Shown one piece after another: positions 42,424 through 57,317 of a DNA stretch of 64,000 nucleotides (within the stretch, counting starts at the first letter, position 1; every line of letters begins with the position of its first letter). This DNA is from Eledone cirrhosa (taxonomy: Eukaryota). Made by a program: the position numbers and the translations under genes. Under the pieces are notes generated by a model, which did no database searches, was not told where the DNA came from, and was given only the letters and a program-made list of their open reading frames with translations. Where the stretch lies: positions 152,582,001-152,646,000 of the forward strand of contig OZ024742.1 in NCBI GenBank assembly GCA_964016885.1, in the 5' to 3' direction.

Positions 42424-43010
42424 ATCTGGGTTAAAAGCTGTAGTAGTAGGGTTATAAAACACTCTGAGTTCTGAAACACTATTTATTAACCTTCAGTTGC
42501 GTCCCTTTAGGGTTTACCGGCTACGTAGCCTATTTGAAAGATTTAGGCCAAAGCTGAACTCTTTGCACGTAAAATTTTTAATATCTGGTCAAAGCAGCGT
42601 TACGTGACTTGTGTAGGATTGTGTTTTCCTCGACATAAGGGGCAGAGATACAACCAGTCGCATCCCATGTTTTAACCAAAACATAAGCAACAATAACATT
42701 ACAAATGAAAACTTAGATATGAAAAATCTTTTGAAAAGCTGTTTAAGCCAAATCGGTCAAGTACAAAATCTATTTTTTTAATGTGAAAAAACAAATGGTT
42801 TTTCGTTGTGTTCTATACACGTAAAATGTATTTATAATAAATAAATACACATTAGTTGCTTCTTTTCAAATTTGTATTATTAGTTTTCATATATAACACA
42901 ATTTGTAAAGTAAACAATTTCGATTTTTTCTCTGTCGCTCTTTCTCTCTCTCTCTATCACTCTCTTTCTCTTTCTCTCTCTTTTTTTCTCTTTATTTCTT
43001 TCTATATATA

Positions 43011-43041
<31 letters not shown>

Positions 43042-43184
43042 GTGTGGGTGTGTATGTAAGCTCATACCTCTGTGTATGGTTATCGTTTAAGTATTTCAAT
43101 ATGATTGTGTACGATTAACAGTCGTCAAACTTCATATTCTCTTGGATCGTTCGGTGTTATTCTGTTTTGTTTGACTGGCTTGCT

Positions 43185-43482
43185 TTTGCAGTATCGGTAG
43201 AGGGTCGGGCGCCATGCTTTACAACATAGAGTTACGACCCTTTGCGGTCTGAATACAAATCCTTACGGCGCAATGGTGAAATTGCTGGCCTTGTGCCAAA
43301 AGTAGAAACAATTATTATATCCGGTTTCACTAGTTTAACATTTACATTCATAAGTCAATTTGTTGAGAGTGGTGTATCGAGGTTGACTTTACCTTTCATC
43401 CTTACGGGGTCGATGAAAATAAAGTACCAGTAATGCACTGGTTAATTGCTGGCCTTGTGCCTAAAGTAGAAACAATTATTAT
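43185..43482 (+). mobile_element. Rearranged Meta/MESC SINE pieces
   Basis: GCAGTATCGGTAGAGGGTCGG..., GAGGTTGACTTTACCTTTCATCCTTACGGGGTCGATGAAAATAAAGTACCAG, and AATTGCTGGCCTTGTGCC twice. Confidence 0.8.
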
Positions 43483-44377
43483 GTCACTGCATTTCATAGG
43501 ACGATACCGTAGTTGTTTTGTCTATTTTGGTTGATCTAATTATGATACTGCTTCAAACCATCCCTATCTCACTTTCTCTTCTTAAACTTCATCTTAATCT
43601 CTCTTACATTTTTTTCCCTCTTTCCTGTATTATTTTTCTTACTTTTTTTTCTATTTTGCTGAAGTAGGTTCTGTTTGTCTTACTATAAAACCTTATATGC
43701 ATCTATAAATTCTCTTCCTGAAACCTATACACAAAGTGTATAGAAATACCTTAACTGTAAATTCGGAGGGTTTTGTTTTAATTTCTCCTAAATGCTCTGT
43801 CATAATTTATAAATCTGTATAGATTTCTGTTTCTATTTTGTGACACGTTCATTTTATACACCATTAATTTACTTTCCCACCGAGTTAATATTATTAACAA
43901 CGAAAATGTTTGCCTCTTCTACATGATACATGTTTAAATGACCATGTTGCATTCGCAAATTTCATGAACAACACCTTTGTCAGTTGCCTGTAATCAAATT
44001 GTATTCTGTGTGAAGCTAATGGAAGCGATAAGAGCAACACAACTCTGGATAATTACAGCACTTTATTAAGAAAACTTTGCTATAGTGCTGGTTGGTGTCT
44101 AACACAATATGGATATTAATTGCATATTAGAAATTAAATAGCATACTCAATATAATATTACGTCAACCGGAAGATTGTGGATTGAGAGAAAGGAAAAATT
44201 ACAGCGTAAATATCGTTTGTTCTGCACAGCATTTATTTCAGTTACCTTATGTTCTGAGCTCAAATCTAGAGAGGATTAGCATTGTCTTTATAGAGCATTT
44301 CATTAAAGATTGGCAAAGCAAATATTAAGCCATATTTCCTATAAATATTATTGCCTATGTAAAACAATTAATATAAT

Positions 44378-44642
44378 AATTGTTTCTGCTTCTGGCACAA
44401 GGCCAGCAATTATCCCACCCTAATAATAATAATAATGATTTCTATGCCAGCAATTTGGGGGTAGGGAAAAGTAGATTAAATCTACTCCAGTGCCTGACGG
44501 GTACTTTATTTGATGGACACCGCAGGGATGAAAGGCAAAGTTAACCTCGGCGGGATTTGAATTCAGACCGTAAAGGACCGTAACTCTATGCTGCAAAAGA
44601 TAGCGTCCGTCCTTTAACCGATACTGCCAATCCACCGCCCTA
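44378..44642 (-). mobile_element. Near full-length Meta/MESC SINE
   Basis: Minus-strand 5' GGGCGGTGGATTGGCAGTATCGGTTAA, B-box-like GAATTCAAATCCC, Meta domain, (TAT)n tail. Confidence 0.88.
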
Positions 44643-45102
44643 TAATTAATGTAATAATGATGAATGGATAAAAAATATTAGTGTTATTACTCTATATATT
44701 ATAGAGCTAAACAATCCCTCAAATAATTGTATAAATAAATAGGTTTTTCTAACATAGACCTGCCAGTCTGCCTGTCTCTTTAGATACCTGTCTACTTCTC
44801 TATCCTTCCATCTGTCTGGCTGACTCTTTCTTTCTCCCCCCTCTCTCTCCTTCTCCATCGCTCTGTTTCCTTATCTCTCTCTCTGAATTTCTATCTCTCC
44901 GTCTCTATATATATGGGTAAATCAACCCCAGTACATAACTGGAAGAAATCGAGTGGGTTCAGACTCGCAGGGGACATGGAATCCGCCAGATTTAAAGTTC
45001 CCAAGATGAGGCCTGGAGATACGGGTTTGTGTCAGAAGAATTTATACACGTATAAATAAACTAAAAATAAAACGAATTGCAGCTGCAGTCAGGAAATATG
45101 TT

Positions 45103-45960
45103 CATACACATATACACACACCTACGTACACAAACATACTCACAGACACAGACACAAACACACATACACACACACACATACACACATACACACACACACA
45201 TACACATATACACACACCTACGTACACAAACATACTCACAGACACAGACACAAACACACATACACACACACACATACACACATACACACACACACATACA
45301 CATATACACACACCTACGTACACAAACATACTCACAGACACAGACACAAACACACATACACACACACACATACACACATACACACACACACATACACATA
45401 TACACACACCTACGTACACAAACATACTCACAGACACAGACACAAACACACATACACACACACACATACACACATACACACACACACATACACATATACA
45501 CACACCTACGTACACAAACATACTCACAGACACAGACACAAACACACATACACACACACACATACACACATACACACACACACATACACATATACACACA
45601 CCTACGTACACAAACATACTCACAGACACAGACACAAACACACATACACACACACACATACGCACATACACACACACACATATACACACATACATACACC
45701 TACGTACACAAACATACTCACAGACACAGACACAAACACACATACACACACACACATACACACATACACACACACACATACACATATACACACACCTACG
45801 TACACAAACATACTCACAGACACAGACACAAACACACATACACACACGCACATACACACATACACACACACACATACACATATACACACACCTACGTACA
45901 CAAACATACTCACAGACACAGACACAAACACACATACACACACACACATACACACACATA
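45103..45960. repeat. 96-bp higher-order minisatellite built from CA-rich microsatellite (about nine units)
   Basis: CCTACGTACACAAACATACTCACAGACACAGACAC recurs at 45121, 45217, 45313, 45409, 45505, 45601, about 45699, about 45794 and 45891. Confidence 0.93.
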
Positions 45961-46051
45961 CACACACACATATACACACATACATACACGCACACACACA
46001 CAAATACACATACACACACATGTATATATATATATATATATATATACATAT

Positions 46052-46192
46052 ATAGGAAAATGTTCAAGACCCCAACGGCAGAGCTCTGCCGTCGGCGTCT
46101 TCAACATTTTCCTATTACCCACTCTACTAACCTAAGTATTGAGTATTCTGGTGCGTTATGTTCCAGATGGTTCCTTACCACACTTCCTTCGT
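46052..46192. mobile_element. Miniature palindromic element with tail in a (TA)n tract
   Basis: ATAGGAAAATGTTCAAGACCCCAACGGCAGAG|CTCTGCCGTCGGCGTCTTCAACATTTTCCTAT, then a tail of about 77 nt. Related start at about 3341 (TAGGGAAAAT..GACCCCACGGCAGAGCTC). Confidence 0.7.
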
Positions 46193-46206
46193 TATATATA
46201 TATATA

Positions 46207-47005
46207 AAGAAAAAAAGATGAAATCGAAAATGAAACTGGAGTCTTATTTAAAAAAATATATATATATTTATTTGGTTCCTTTACCGGTTTCACAGTTCTT
46301 CTACTTTTCAAAAGTATAGTTGAGATGGAGGGTCTGTGGTTTTTATCACATCAAAGTAGTTTTATATGGAAAAAAGTGGCTCGAAACGCCAGGTTTTTAG
46401 AGAAGTAATTTGATTGGCTGGTCAATAAGTATACTAAATTTCGCGCCAGTTCGCGTTACAAAGTTCTTCAAACAAGGAGGGAAGGGGGGGATTAGCTCTT
46501 TTTTCTTCTAATATGAGTGTTTGAATTTCTTTTTACTTAAATAAAGGGGCTCACGAAGGCTTTTTTTAAATAAATGTAATTTGATTGGTTATAAATGAAA
46601 ACATGGCTGTCACGTGAACAAGTTCATTAAATTTCGCGCCCGTATATGGGAATTGATTTTGTAGCCTTTTAGAGAATTTTATGACAAGCAAAAGGTAATG
46701 GTCAAGAGAAATGGGATGGGAGAATTGTTCTGGTTCAGTGAATATCGCTGTTTCGCTGGGGTGTCAGAATTCAGATTTTCTATTGAAATAAAGAAAGTAG
46801 AGATATGTATGTTTATTTGTGTGCGTGTGTGTGTATAGGAAGATGATTCTATTAGTAGAAATGGGGGATGGAGTTGTGTGTGTGGGGGGGGGGGGTATGT
46901 GTGCGTGGGAGTATGGTTGGCATGTTAAGATGAAGAATGACTGTGTCAGATAGATAACCAACTGAAGTAAACATTGTGTTACATTCCGTATATATGCTGT
47001 CATTT
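46207..47005 (-). mobile_element. pLTR-like element with variant hammerhead at 46275-46317
   Basis: Homologous to 22241-22377. Minus strand reads CTT-TTGAAAA-GTAGaagaaCTGT-GAAA-CCGG-TA-AAG. Left end abuts TA; right boundary uncertain. Confidence 0.6.
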
Positions 47006-48714
47006 TACGCGCAGTTTAAATTTGTCTTTATTTCAGTACTTGGCCGAAAATTATACATACCACACAGCGTGTCCTGGCTGATATAATTAACTATAAATAT
47101 TGAAGGGTATGCTCCAGCATCGCAAAATGGCAGTGGCTGGAAACATAAGAAGAATACTACTTTTTTATGCATAGATTTTATATAAGAAATTAATGTTACT
47201 TCTTCAACGAAAAATTATGAAAAAAAAGAAAAGATTATATCTCCAACATAATTGTAAGCTATTCTTTATTCATGGAAAATTTAGCTTAAGCAATGTATTT
47301 AACTATTCTATTTCTCCATTTCTTAATTCACTTATAAAATTACTTTCATTATCCTTTACCTCTCATACAGATTCTGTCACTAGAATGTGGACTTTAATCG
47401 GTATTTTCCATCATATTTCAGTCTAATACTTATATTAAGTTTGATATATGTCTCTCAGAGAATTATAGCATCTTTTGTGATTTTGAGCAAGAAATCAGAA
47501 TTTGTGAACATTTCCGCTTACATTCATAGATATTTATTGAGTTATTTTCAACTACAAACTGGTTGAAATATTTTATTTCCTACATAATGGATTTGCCATA
47601 GTTGGAAATAAGATTATATAATTATATAAAAAAAATGCATTCATATATTTATCAACATTAAAACTTCATTACCACTAGCCGCCTTTCTTGTTTGTGCTTT
47701 ACATACATATGATACAGAAGCCTCGGGATCTCCAGGTATTTTTGCACGTGAATACATAACCAAACCATATATTCCACGCATAACTATATTAATTAGATAT
47801 AGGTTTAGAGTTAGTGTTTCTGTATATTTACTGTTAGAATGAACGTTAGGGCAAACGTTTGGTAAGACTTCGAGCTAGTTAGAATTAAATTTAGGACTTG
47901 CTTTCATTATAGGGTTCGCGTTATTGTCAGAGTTAGCTGTTCGTTTCTATGTTTGTATATCTATCATGACATAAACATATGACACATTCATAGGTGGAAA
48001 GAATCTGATTGTTGATCTGCTGCATTTGGAATGAGCTGGGACTCTTCTACCACAACAACAAAAAAACAAAAACAACATGACAAAGACACTTGAAACCCTA
48101 TCTAAGCCTCAACCCTATCTAAACCTCAACACACAAACTATGGGGACAACTTGAACTCCTATCAGAAAGATGTATGTTTGAGACCGGTGCTTCCCAGTCT
48201 CAAATCGTCTTGTATGTATCAATATGTATGTGTGTGTATGTATCTTTCACAAATGTGTCAGCGCAGCTATGCCGAATGACAACTATTGGGTCATGCATGC
48301 GATCCCATTGCGTGGCATCTTATGCACGTGTTATTTGCTATAACCTTGAGTCGGCTCATACCTTGTCAGTGAAATTGGAAACCTATTTAGTGGACTGTGT
48401 CCGTCATTTCACGGGGACGCTTCGCCACTTTTTCTCACATTGAAACTCTTCCGTAAGTGTACACGTGTTCGTTGACCGCATAGCCAAATACTCTTTATTT
48501 ATAAGAGTTAATTTTCAAACGTTCATGTATCGATGAACAACCGGAGCTCTCATCGTCAAAACCAGCAAAGGACCAGCTAGATTTGAGTTCGGAAGTGTAC
48601 AGTAACGAAATGAAAAAAAACCTTAGTAAAAAGATTTAAAAAAAACCATATAGATGTCCAAATAATTGTTCATAATATACCAATATATAATAAATAAAGC
48701 AAATTTAAAATTTC

Positions 48715-48880
48715 GAAGCAGTCGGTGAATTGGCAGAGTTGTTAGATCATCTGATACGATGATTTGTTGCTTTTTTTATTTTGGCACTCTGGGTTCTGAT
48801 TTCAAATTTCACCGATGTCAACTTTGACTTTTATCATTTGGGTGTTTACCCATAAAAAAAATACCAGCCTTTTACTTGGT
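48715..48880 (+). mobile_element. Degenerate Meta/MESC SINE
   Basis: GGTGAATTGGCAGAGTTGTTAG...TTCAAATTTCACCGATGTCAACTTTGACTTTTATC. Confidence 0.65.
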
Positions 48881-49669
48881 TAGATTCCTCTTCTATAACT
48901 CGTCCTCTCTGTGGCAAGGACACACGCACGCAATTTTGTTACCTTTTTCGGTCTCTCGTTCGAAGAAATCTGCCATATTCTGACCTGGAGTAGATGAAAA
49001 CCACTAGGTTTTAAATGGCCAATATTTGCTGTCTTACACTTCAGAGCACCTACGACTGTATCAAGAATTACAGCTCCATATACATGTACATAATATCTAA
49101 CAACATGTGAGCTTCTTGAAATTCTATTGGATGAAAATAGCATAAAATGTTTGAGCAAGTTTTGTTAAGTTACGCCTCCACCAAAACTATTAATTCTTCA
49201 TTCTAATCATTTGATGTCTATTAATCTTTATCAAAATAAAAGATGCACTAGCAAAATAATAGTCAGTGGGAACAAAAGTATACAATAGTTGAATTATTAT
49301 AGAAATATTCTATGAAATATAAAGTATCTGATAGATATTTATGAATTCTCTCCTTACAAGGTACATATGAAACGTAAACATTAATTAATACTTAAGGAAG
49401 TAGATATAGGAAAATAATATTAATTATATGTTTCAAATAAATTTTAATTCCAATACTGCTAATTCATTTTTGTAATTATATTTTCAACTTCATTGAAGAC
49501 CATTACTAATTATAGGAATTTTTACTTATATCTACAATTTACAATCTCTTTCTCTCTAGATCTATATGTACATATACCTACATCTATAACTATATACACA
49601 ACACTCTTTATAGATATGTATGTATATGTATGTGCTTGCCTGTATATGTTTATGTATTCTCTGTACATA

Positions 49670-49700
<31 letters not shown>

Positions 49701-49885
49701 TATATATATATATATATAATGTACAGAGAATACTTAAACACATACACACAGGCACATACAGTCACAGATGTAGACACACACACACAAAGACATACATGTA
49801 GACACACACGCACATACACACACGCACACACCCATCACGCACACCCACGCATACAAACGCTCATACATACACACACGCGCACACG

Positions 49886-49955
<70 letters not shown>

Positions 49956-50062
49956 TACATATATATATTTATATATATATATATACACACAAACACACAC
50001 ACACATATATATATATATATCTATATATCTATATCTATATATACACACACACACACATACAC

Positions 50063-50121
<59 letters not shown>

Positions 50122-50145
50122 TATATATGTATATGTATGTATTAG

Positions 50146-50427
50146 AATGAAACGAAATTTTATTTCTCACTCTTAGTACAGCACTTACTTAAATGCAAGT
50201 ATGTATGTATGTATGTATACGTACATACATATATGTATACAGACGCACAGTACTATGTATATATGTATATATAACAAACAAACAAACCGAGCATTATAAT
50301 AGATGTTCGGTAAACCGATACGTGCGTGCATATATATATGTGTGCATGTATGTATATACATATATATATACATACTACTGTACGCCTGTATACATATATG
50401 TATGTACGTATACATACATACTTGCAT
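50146..50427. mobile_element. Inverted (fold-back) fragments of the 430-bp retrozyme-like family
   Basis: Minus piece AATGAAACGAAATTTTATTTCTCACTCTTAGTAC...GACGCACAGTA, followed by plus piece AAACCGAGCATTATAAT...TACTGTACGCCTGTATAC. No ribozyme retained. Confidence 0.75.
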
Positions 50428-50753
50428 ATATGTATGTAGATATATGTTTATCTGATTTAGGATAAATTTCTCACACAATTTGCTATATGTGTAACTGATT
50501 ATATATGTACTATTATTCTCATGCATACAACAATTCATCTAATTTCTGCTCGTCTTTACCGGCGTACTTTGTCTCTCTATATATCCAGACACGTATGAAC
50601 TATGTATGCCCGTGTCTGTCTTTATATGTGCAAGAATCTAAATCTTTATATATTGATATATATGGAATTATGTACGTTCCACCGGAATTAAGACAAAATT
50701 GGTGAAATAATTCTATGAATGCCATTACATGTGTGGTGATGTATGTTTCAAAT

Positions 50754-51041
50754 CAGGCATGGGCAACCATTTTCGAGAAGCAGGCCGCATGAGATATGGC
50801 TCATCATCAAGCGGGCCGCAAGCGCTAATTTACATTCATGCCCACATGAAGAAAAGGGCGGTAACTCAGGTTGTTTTGATTTGTTTCTTCAGAATTCGTA
50901 CACGTTCTTTTCCTCGGTCGTAAATAATAGAAAAATGAATTACGACTGAAAACTTGGATAAACAATTCAGAAAGATTTCACTTTGGTGACATAGGAGTGC
51001 CATTCAGAAAGCCTCGCGGCACCGGGGGTTTCCCATGGCTG
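50754..51041. mobile_element. hAT (Charlie-like) MITE
   Basis: TIRs CAGGCATGGGCAACC / GGTTTCCCATGGCTG and an 8-bp TSD TTTCAAAT / TTTTAAAT (7 of 8 match). Confidence 0.85.
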
Positions 51042-52248
51042 TTTTAAATGCACATATAAATATAATTCCATGTCTACACGTGTGTATATGCACTTATTTC
51101 ATGCCAAATTCTTGAATGTTTCGCATATTTTCAGAACTACTTTATTGAACTATACTTGTAGTTTCCTAATGAAGTGTCTGTTTTGGGGAAGCCCAGCTTC
51201 TCAAGACTTGTTCTAAAATAGTTCGTAGCATATCCAAATTTTTCACTAATCAGAGACACACACCGGGATTTGATGGGAGCATTCCACAAGTTGTCTTTTA
51301 TATAACGTGTGGGTTTGACCTCCACATCACTGTAACGTTTAATAGTTTTATCTTAAGGCATTTACATCCTGTTGTTTGCTTTATATAGATTTGGGGCACT
51401 GCATTATGCTTCATAGGTAGATACTCCATTATAACATCTTCGAAGGACTCTTTATGATGTTTATGTGTTTATTCATGAATTTATTGATGTACATATGTGT
51501 ATATGTATATAGGCATACATGTACGTATGTGTATATATACAATATATATATCTATATACCCCTATATATCTATTTCCCAATATATGTAGTTCTGTCTATC
51601 CATAGATAGAACTACATTTCTGTGTTTTCCACTTTTTTTCATTATTTTCTTATTTCCATATGGTAAATTGGAACATATACGTCCTCTATTCCTTGAACAG
51701 ATAGACCGAGGGCTATAAATATCTGAAGACATTAATAAGGTTAATGTTTAGTTTGACATTTTCCTGTTCATTTCCTCATAAACATTATAAAACATAAAGG
51801 CATTACATTCTCGTGTATTCAATGAAAGTATTATTTATTATATTATAGAGTTGGTTACACAGTATAAAGTACATGTTATATTATAAAACGGTTCTGCTAT
51901 ATGTGTACGTTAGGTTACATGCATTTTAATAATTACAATATTTCTCTAATTTGTTAAATTTGATGTGTTATTGTCTAGAAGTTTTATTTGCGGTCTGGTG
52001 CATATGTGTTTAAATGCCATTTTGTAATAAGACTTAATGTCTTATCAGACTTAAATATTTATTTATTGAGGATAAAATGTTGTTATTTGCAATAAAATAT
52101 TCAATTACATACAATTTTTTATAATACATTTTAGTTAGACATTTAACAATTTCTTCTATAGCAATATATACAGTTGACCAGTTAAAAAATGTTGAAATAT
52201 ATATTTAGATACCAAATCAATCTGCCTATTTGCACCCAGACACACAAA

Positions 52249-52313
<65 letters not shown>

Positions 52314-52337
52314 ATATATGTATATATAGATATATAG

Positions 52338-52394
<57 letters not shown>

Positions 52395-52426
52395 TGTAAG
52401 TATGCACATATAATTCTGATTTTATT

Positions 52427-52461
<35 letters not shown>

Positions 52462-54878
52462 ATGTGTTATGAGACATAAATCATATCTAGTTAACGGAAA
52501 TCAATAATGCCAATACACGACATGGAAATATTTTATAATGGAATATCAAGAAATGTAAGCTATCGATACTTTTATGTTTAAGAACAGCCACTTTACGAAA
52601 TAAAAAACAATTACAACCATTCGACACCTCAACAGATTTTATTGAACTAAATATTTTTTATATTTCGGTTTATATACACTGGTGATTTTATCATACAAAA
52701 TTATTGCACCAAGGCGCAAGTATATCTCTGATTGTTTAAATTCGCCTCATAATCACGTAGTTTTCTATACCATTCTCGTATATCCATAGCATCCCGCATT
52801 TGATGTACATAACATATGTTTTTATGCACGGTTGAACTGACTGATACCTGTATACATAAATGGAGACGAAGCGTTTGTGACTATTGAGTTTATAGAAGAT
52901 ACTGCTATTGCTGTTTTTGTTGAATGTTTAACCTAATTCGCCACTCGTTATCAGAACTATTATGAATGACCATCGCATCATCTTTCATAATTAGCACACC
53001 CATCATGTTCCTCCTCCTCTCCCTCCTTCTTCTTCTTCTTCTTCTTCTTCTTCTTCTTCTTCTTGGGAGAGTCGTGGGGGCTCGAGTCCTCAAGCAAGCC
53101 TTCCAGCAGCTCGTGACAAGTATAACAGTCTCACATTAGCATACCCCACACTACATAATTAAAAGCACATCCTTTTGTTTTTTATCCTACGAGAATCTGA
53201 AGTGAATGCATTTGGCTAATATTCTTCGCAGTTTGGGCTACCATAGGATCAAACATTTGTGTGATTGAATTAGGTTATATCAGTCACATTACAATGCCAG
53301 TCAAAAGGTTTTGCAAGTTTAGATGTTATAGCATTTGGGATTGATGGTCATAATATATTGTATAGTCATTAGTATGTAACCCACGACTGGCGTTAACAAT
53401 ACCTTATTTAAAATTTACTCACTGATGTATCGCATTAATATGTGCAAGTTTCGTACAGATGAAATAGTATATTTTGAACGTCCATATCTGTTCTTTGAAC
53501 GATTTTCTGTTACAATTCATATTGATTTGCGTTTTGTATCGTGTCATAATTTAATCGGTAGAATGGCATTTCAGCTATGGCCATTTGGTTCAGTACATTG
53601 ACAGATATTTCTAGAGTAGTTTATGATATATTTAGCTGTTATTTATTACAGTTATATTGATTGTCTTGATCTACATCATCAGGGCGTAGCCTTAGTGAAT
53701 TTCCCCCGAGATCTATTATGTTAACGAAAATATTACGGGATATATCCATTAACTTTTATTGAATTAAAAAAATAATGTTTATGGCATTCAGTAAAGAAAT
53801 CATTCTATTCTGCTTGAATAGAATTATACTTATGTTGATATTTAGGTCAATTAAATATTCATTATATATTCATTGTACTTTATCACAAAATATAACTAAT
53901 CAAAGACGCAACATTAATCGACTTCAGAGATATTCAACAAATAGGCTAATTGAAACATTTGTCCTCTGCGAAAATCAATCATTTAGATTTTCGTATTGTT
54001 TGATTTCTGATATAAATTTCTAAATACGAATTTCTAAATACGAATAAGAAAATAACAAGGATATAAATAGGAATAGACAGAAACGCTAAAGAAAAATATA
54101 TATTAAATAAGAATAAAGACAGACGTTATAGAAAAGTAGAGATTAAATAGGAATAGAGACAAACGTTAAAGTATTCATTAAGTAAAATACTAAAAACCAA
54201 TGTTTTAAAGACTAATATATAAGTGAATGATTGTAAATTGTATCTGTTGCGATTTTCCGATATATATGTGTGTGTATTATTGTTGGTCGTTGAATCCGGG
54301 TCAAATATTATGAAGAAGACATGATAAAAAGTCATCCATTCATAAGTGTCCCGTTCTTTAGGGTAATCTAGGATTACATTAACCGATGTGCGCTCTTTGA
54401 TGTTAATAAATGGATGTGATTTACAAGAGATCTGGCTGTTATTTTCGCATTTATTATTCAGCCATTAAGTGAAATGCATTAAAAGCCCCGGTAATGTATT
54501 GGTGTAATTGTTAGCCTTTTGCCAAAAGTAGAAATAATTATTATTTCTATTATTACTTGTCATTTACACTGTCAGTTGTACTATTCTACAAATTCCTTTC
54601 TCTCTCTCTCACCTTCACTCTCTCTATAGATATATGTATATACACATATATATGTATAACATAATCTGTCAGCTTCTCTCCTTTCATTTGCCGAAAAAAG
54701 AAGTAAGTGACATAATCACTATTTTAAAATGATGGCGCAAGCTCTTCAAAATGTGTTTAATTAAACATGCGGTATATTGCCACATATACTATTCATACAT
54801 GTACACATCGGTATTTCAGAGCACCAATCCTTATATATATATACATACACTCACATATATGTGAGTATGAATGTATGG

Positions 54879-54879
<1 letters not shown>

Positions 54880-54929
<50 letters not shown>

Positions 54930-55008
54930 CAAGTGTGTGTGTATGTGTGTGTGTGTGTGTGTGTAAGTGTGTGTGTGTGTGTGTGTGTGTGTAAGTGTGT
55001 GTGTGTGT
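54880..55008. repeat. (TG)n microsatellite
   Basis: Direct reading. Confidence 0.95.
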
Positions 55009-56213
55009 ATCGGATCAGGGAGTGAAATACGGTATATAACACTCGGATTTATAGATCAGGAAAAAATTATTTTGGAGAATACGTGTACGAAATCAGGTTA
55101 TTAAAGAATCGACTGCACGATAATATGGTAAAATACAACAAAATATTTCCCACATAACTGTATTAAACTGAAGAAATAGTGATGGTAACATACTTTGTCC
55201 CGCATGCCCCAATACCGAATACCATTATATTATCATTACAGTTAAATACTTCTAGGTAATAAAATATGAGTGATAGTGTACAATTAATGAATTGTAGAAT
55301 ACTAAGGCACCCATTTAAACGCTTATAGGTAAAATCTAATATTTTGCTTTCATTTTGAAGAATTAAAGACAAAACTAGATGAGATTCACGTGGAGTAATT
55401 CTCTTGTAATTATTGGCGCGTTCTCAACATGACTTAAAATAATCGATAATCAAGGAGTGATTTTGAAGAGGTTTTTCATATCCACTTTCAAAACATTATC
55501 TCTACTTGAGAATATATTAAACAAAAGGAATGGGCGAATATGCGTTCGCTACTGCATTCAGTAGGTTTACCAGTTTAGAAATCATATGGTTAATTAATTG
55601 AAAGTTTTTGTTACCTTTCGTAGCTGATTCTATTTTGCCGGCAGAATTTTTACGACGAATTTATTCAGATATGTAGTATAGAATAATGTGCAGTGTTAAC
55701 TTTGATCATAATGTTGCTTAGAAGTAATATGGCAATTTCCCAGTTGTTTGAAGCATTAGATGTTAAATTTGGCAAACTAAATTATTATACGCGAGTCATT
55801 AAAAGCTCTTTCATTTTCTAAAATTGTCTATGTTACTACTAATTTTCGGAAATTGTCTACAGGGTGTTCAGATATATTCACAAATATATGAGAAAAATTA
55901 CAAATAAGGATGAAGTACTTAAATACAGAACAAATAACAAATAATTGTGTTTGAAATATATAATAAATTGTTTTAGAAATATTAGGTTAAATTCAAATGC
56001 AAAGAAAAATATAACTGACCTGAATGTTGAATGCATTGTGTCCACATAACACAAACTGATAATTTCAAGTAAAATGTGGAATCTCAACACGTGGCATTTC
56101 ATAATTACTTTCATATATATGTTTTCAAATATCATACAAAAGGTTACGATATAAGACAAAGTAACGTACAAATATCTTTACGATTAACTTTAATGTACAT
56201 GTATGTATGCCTA

Positions 56214-56734
56214 TGTCGGGTTACACTTCAGTGCTACTGGTAACATGTAACCCAGTACAACCTGTCGCATGGTCGGGTCGTCGGCGACTAAACCTGCAAC
56301 CGTACCACGTTTACTTGGTGAGGAGGGTGATGTTGGACACCCTGCAAGACAAAAATCAAAACCTGACTAAGGGCGCAAGAAGTCATAAGAGTCAACGGTC
56401 ATCCGAAATTGTGTAAACATATATATAGACATGTAACGCGCGGTTAAACCACTGGGAGTGAAGGACCCCTAGCCTGTGTCAGGGCATTCTTCTAGGAGAA
56501 GGCAACTCAGGAAACTGGGATAACACCGAAATAAAAACTGCGGCTCAGTATTTACCGATGATGTTGATCTTTTCTTCTTTTCGGGTTATAGCTATTGTGG
56601 CTCATAGAGTGGGATTGGCTCAGTGCTTTAAACAATATCTTCACGGCCCGGCATTGCACGATAGAATTAATTAATAATTATTAATAATGGTATATCGTGC
56701 AATGGCCATACTCGATAACGAGGGGGAAGCCATC
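56214..56734 (+). mobile_element. Structured SINE-like element, copy 2
   Basis: Same conserved blocks as 18377-18945, with an internal 12-bp hairpin CATTGCACGATA/TATCGTGCAATG. 3' end runs into TA. Confidence 0.8.
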
Positions 56735-57059
56735 ATATATATATATATTAATATTAATAAAAGATCGGAGGCCATATTCAGTTGATTCGGTTAACCCAAT
56801 ACTATATATATATCGCTCTCTCTTTCTATATATATATACATATATGTGTGTGTGTCTAAGCATGTGTTTATGTGTGTGTGTTTCTAGTAAAGAATCTGTG
56901 GATGTGAAAAGGGAAAAAAATGAAACAATGCTCAATCTGCTTTGAGAGCTGATATATTATTTAATTATGTTCATACACGGAACAAACGCGTTTCCTGGGG
57001 TTTCAAGTTCCAATTATGAACATCTCCACAGATTGTAAGCGAGATTGCATGTGTGACCT

Positions 57060-57317
<258 letters not shown>

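Noticed and set aside
51137-51325. Possible RLE-type LINE C-terminus (SLEKLGF)
   Set aside because: A single weak motif, which is insufficient support.
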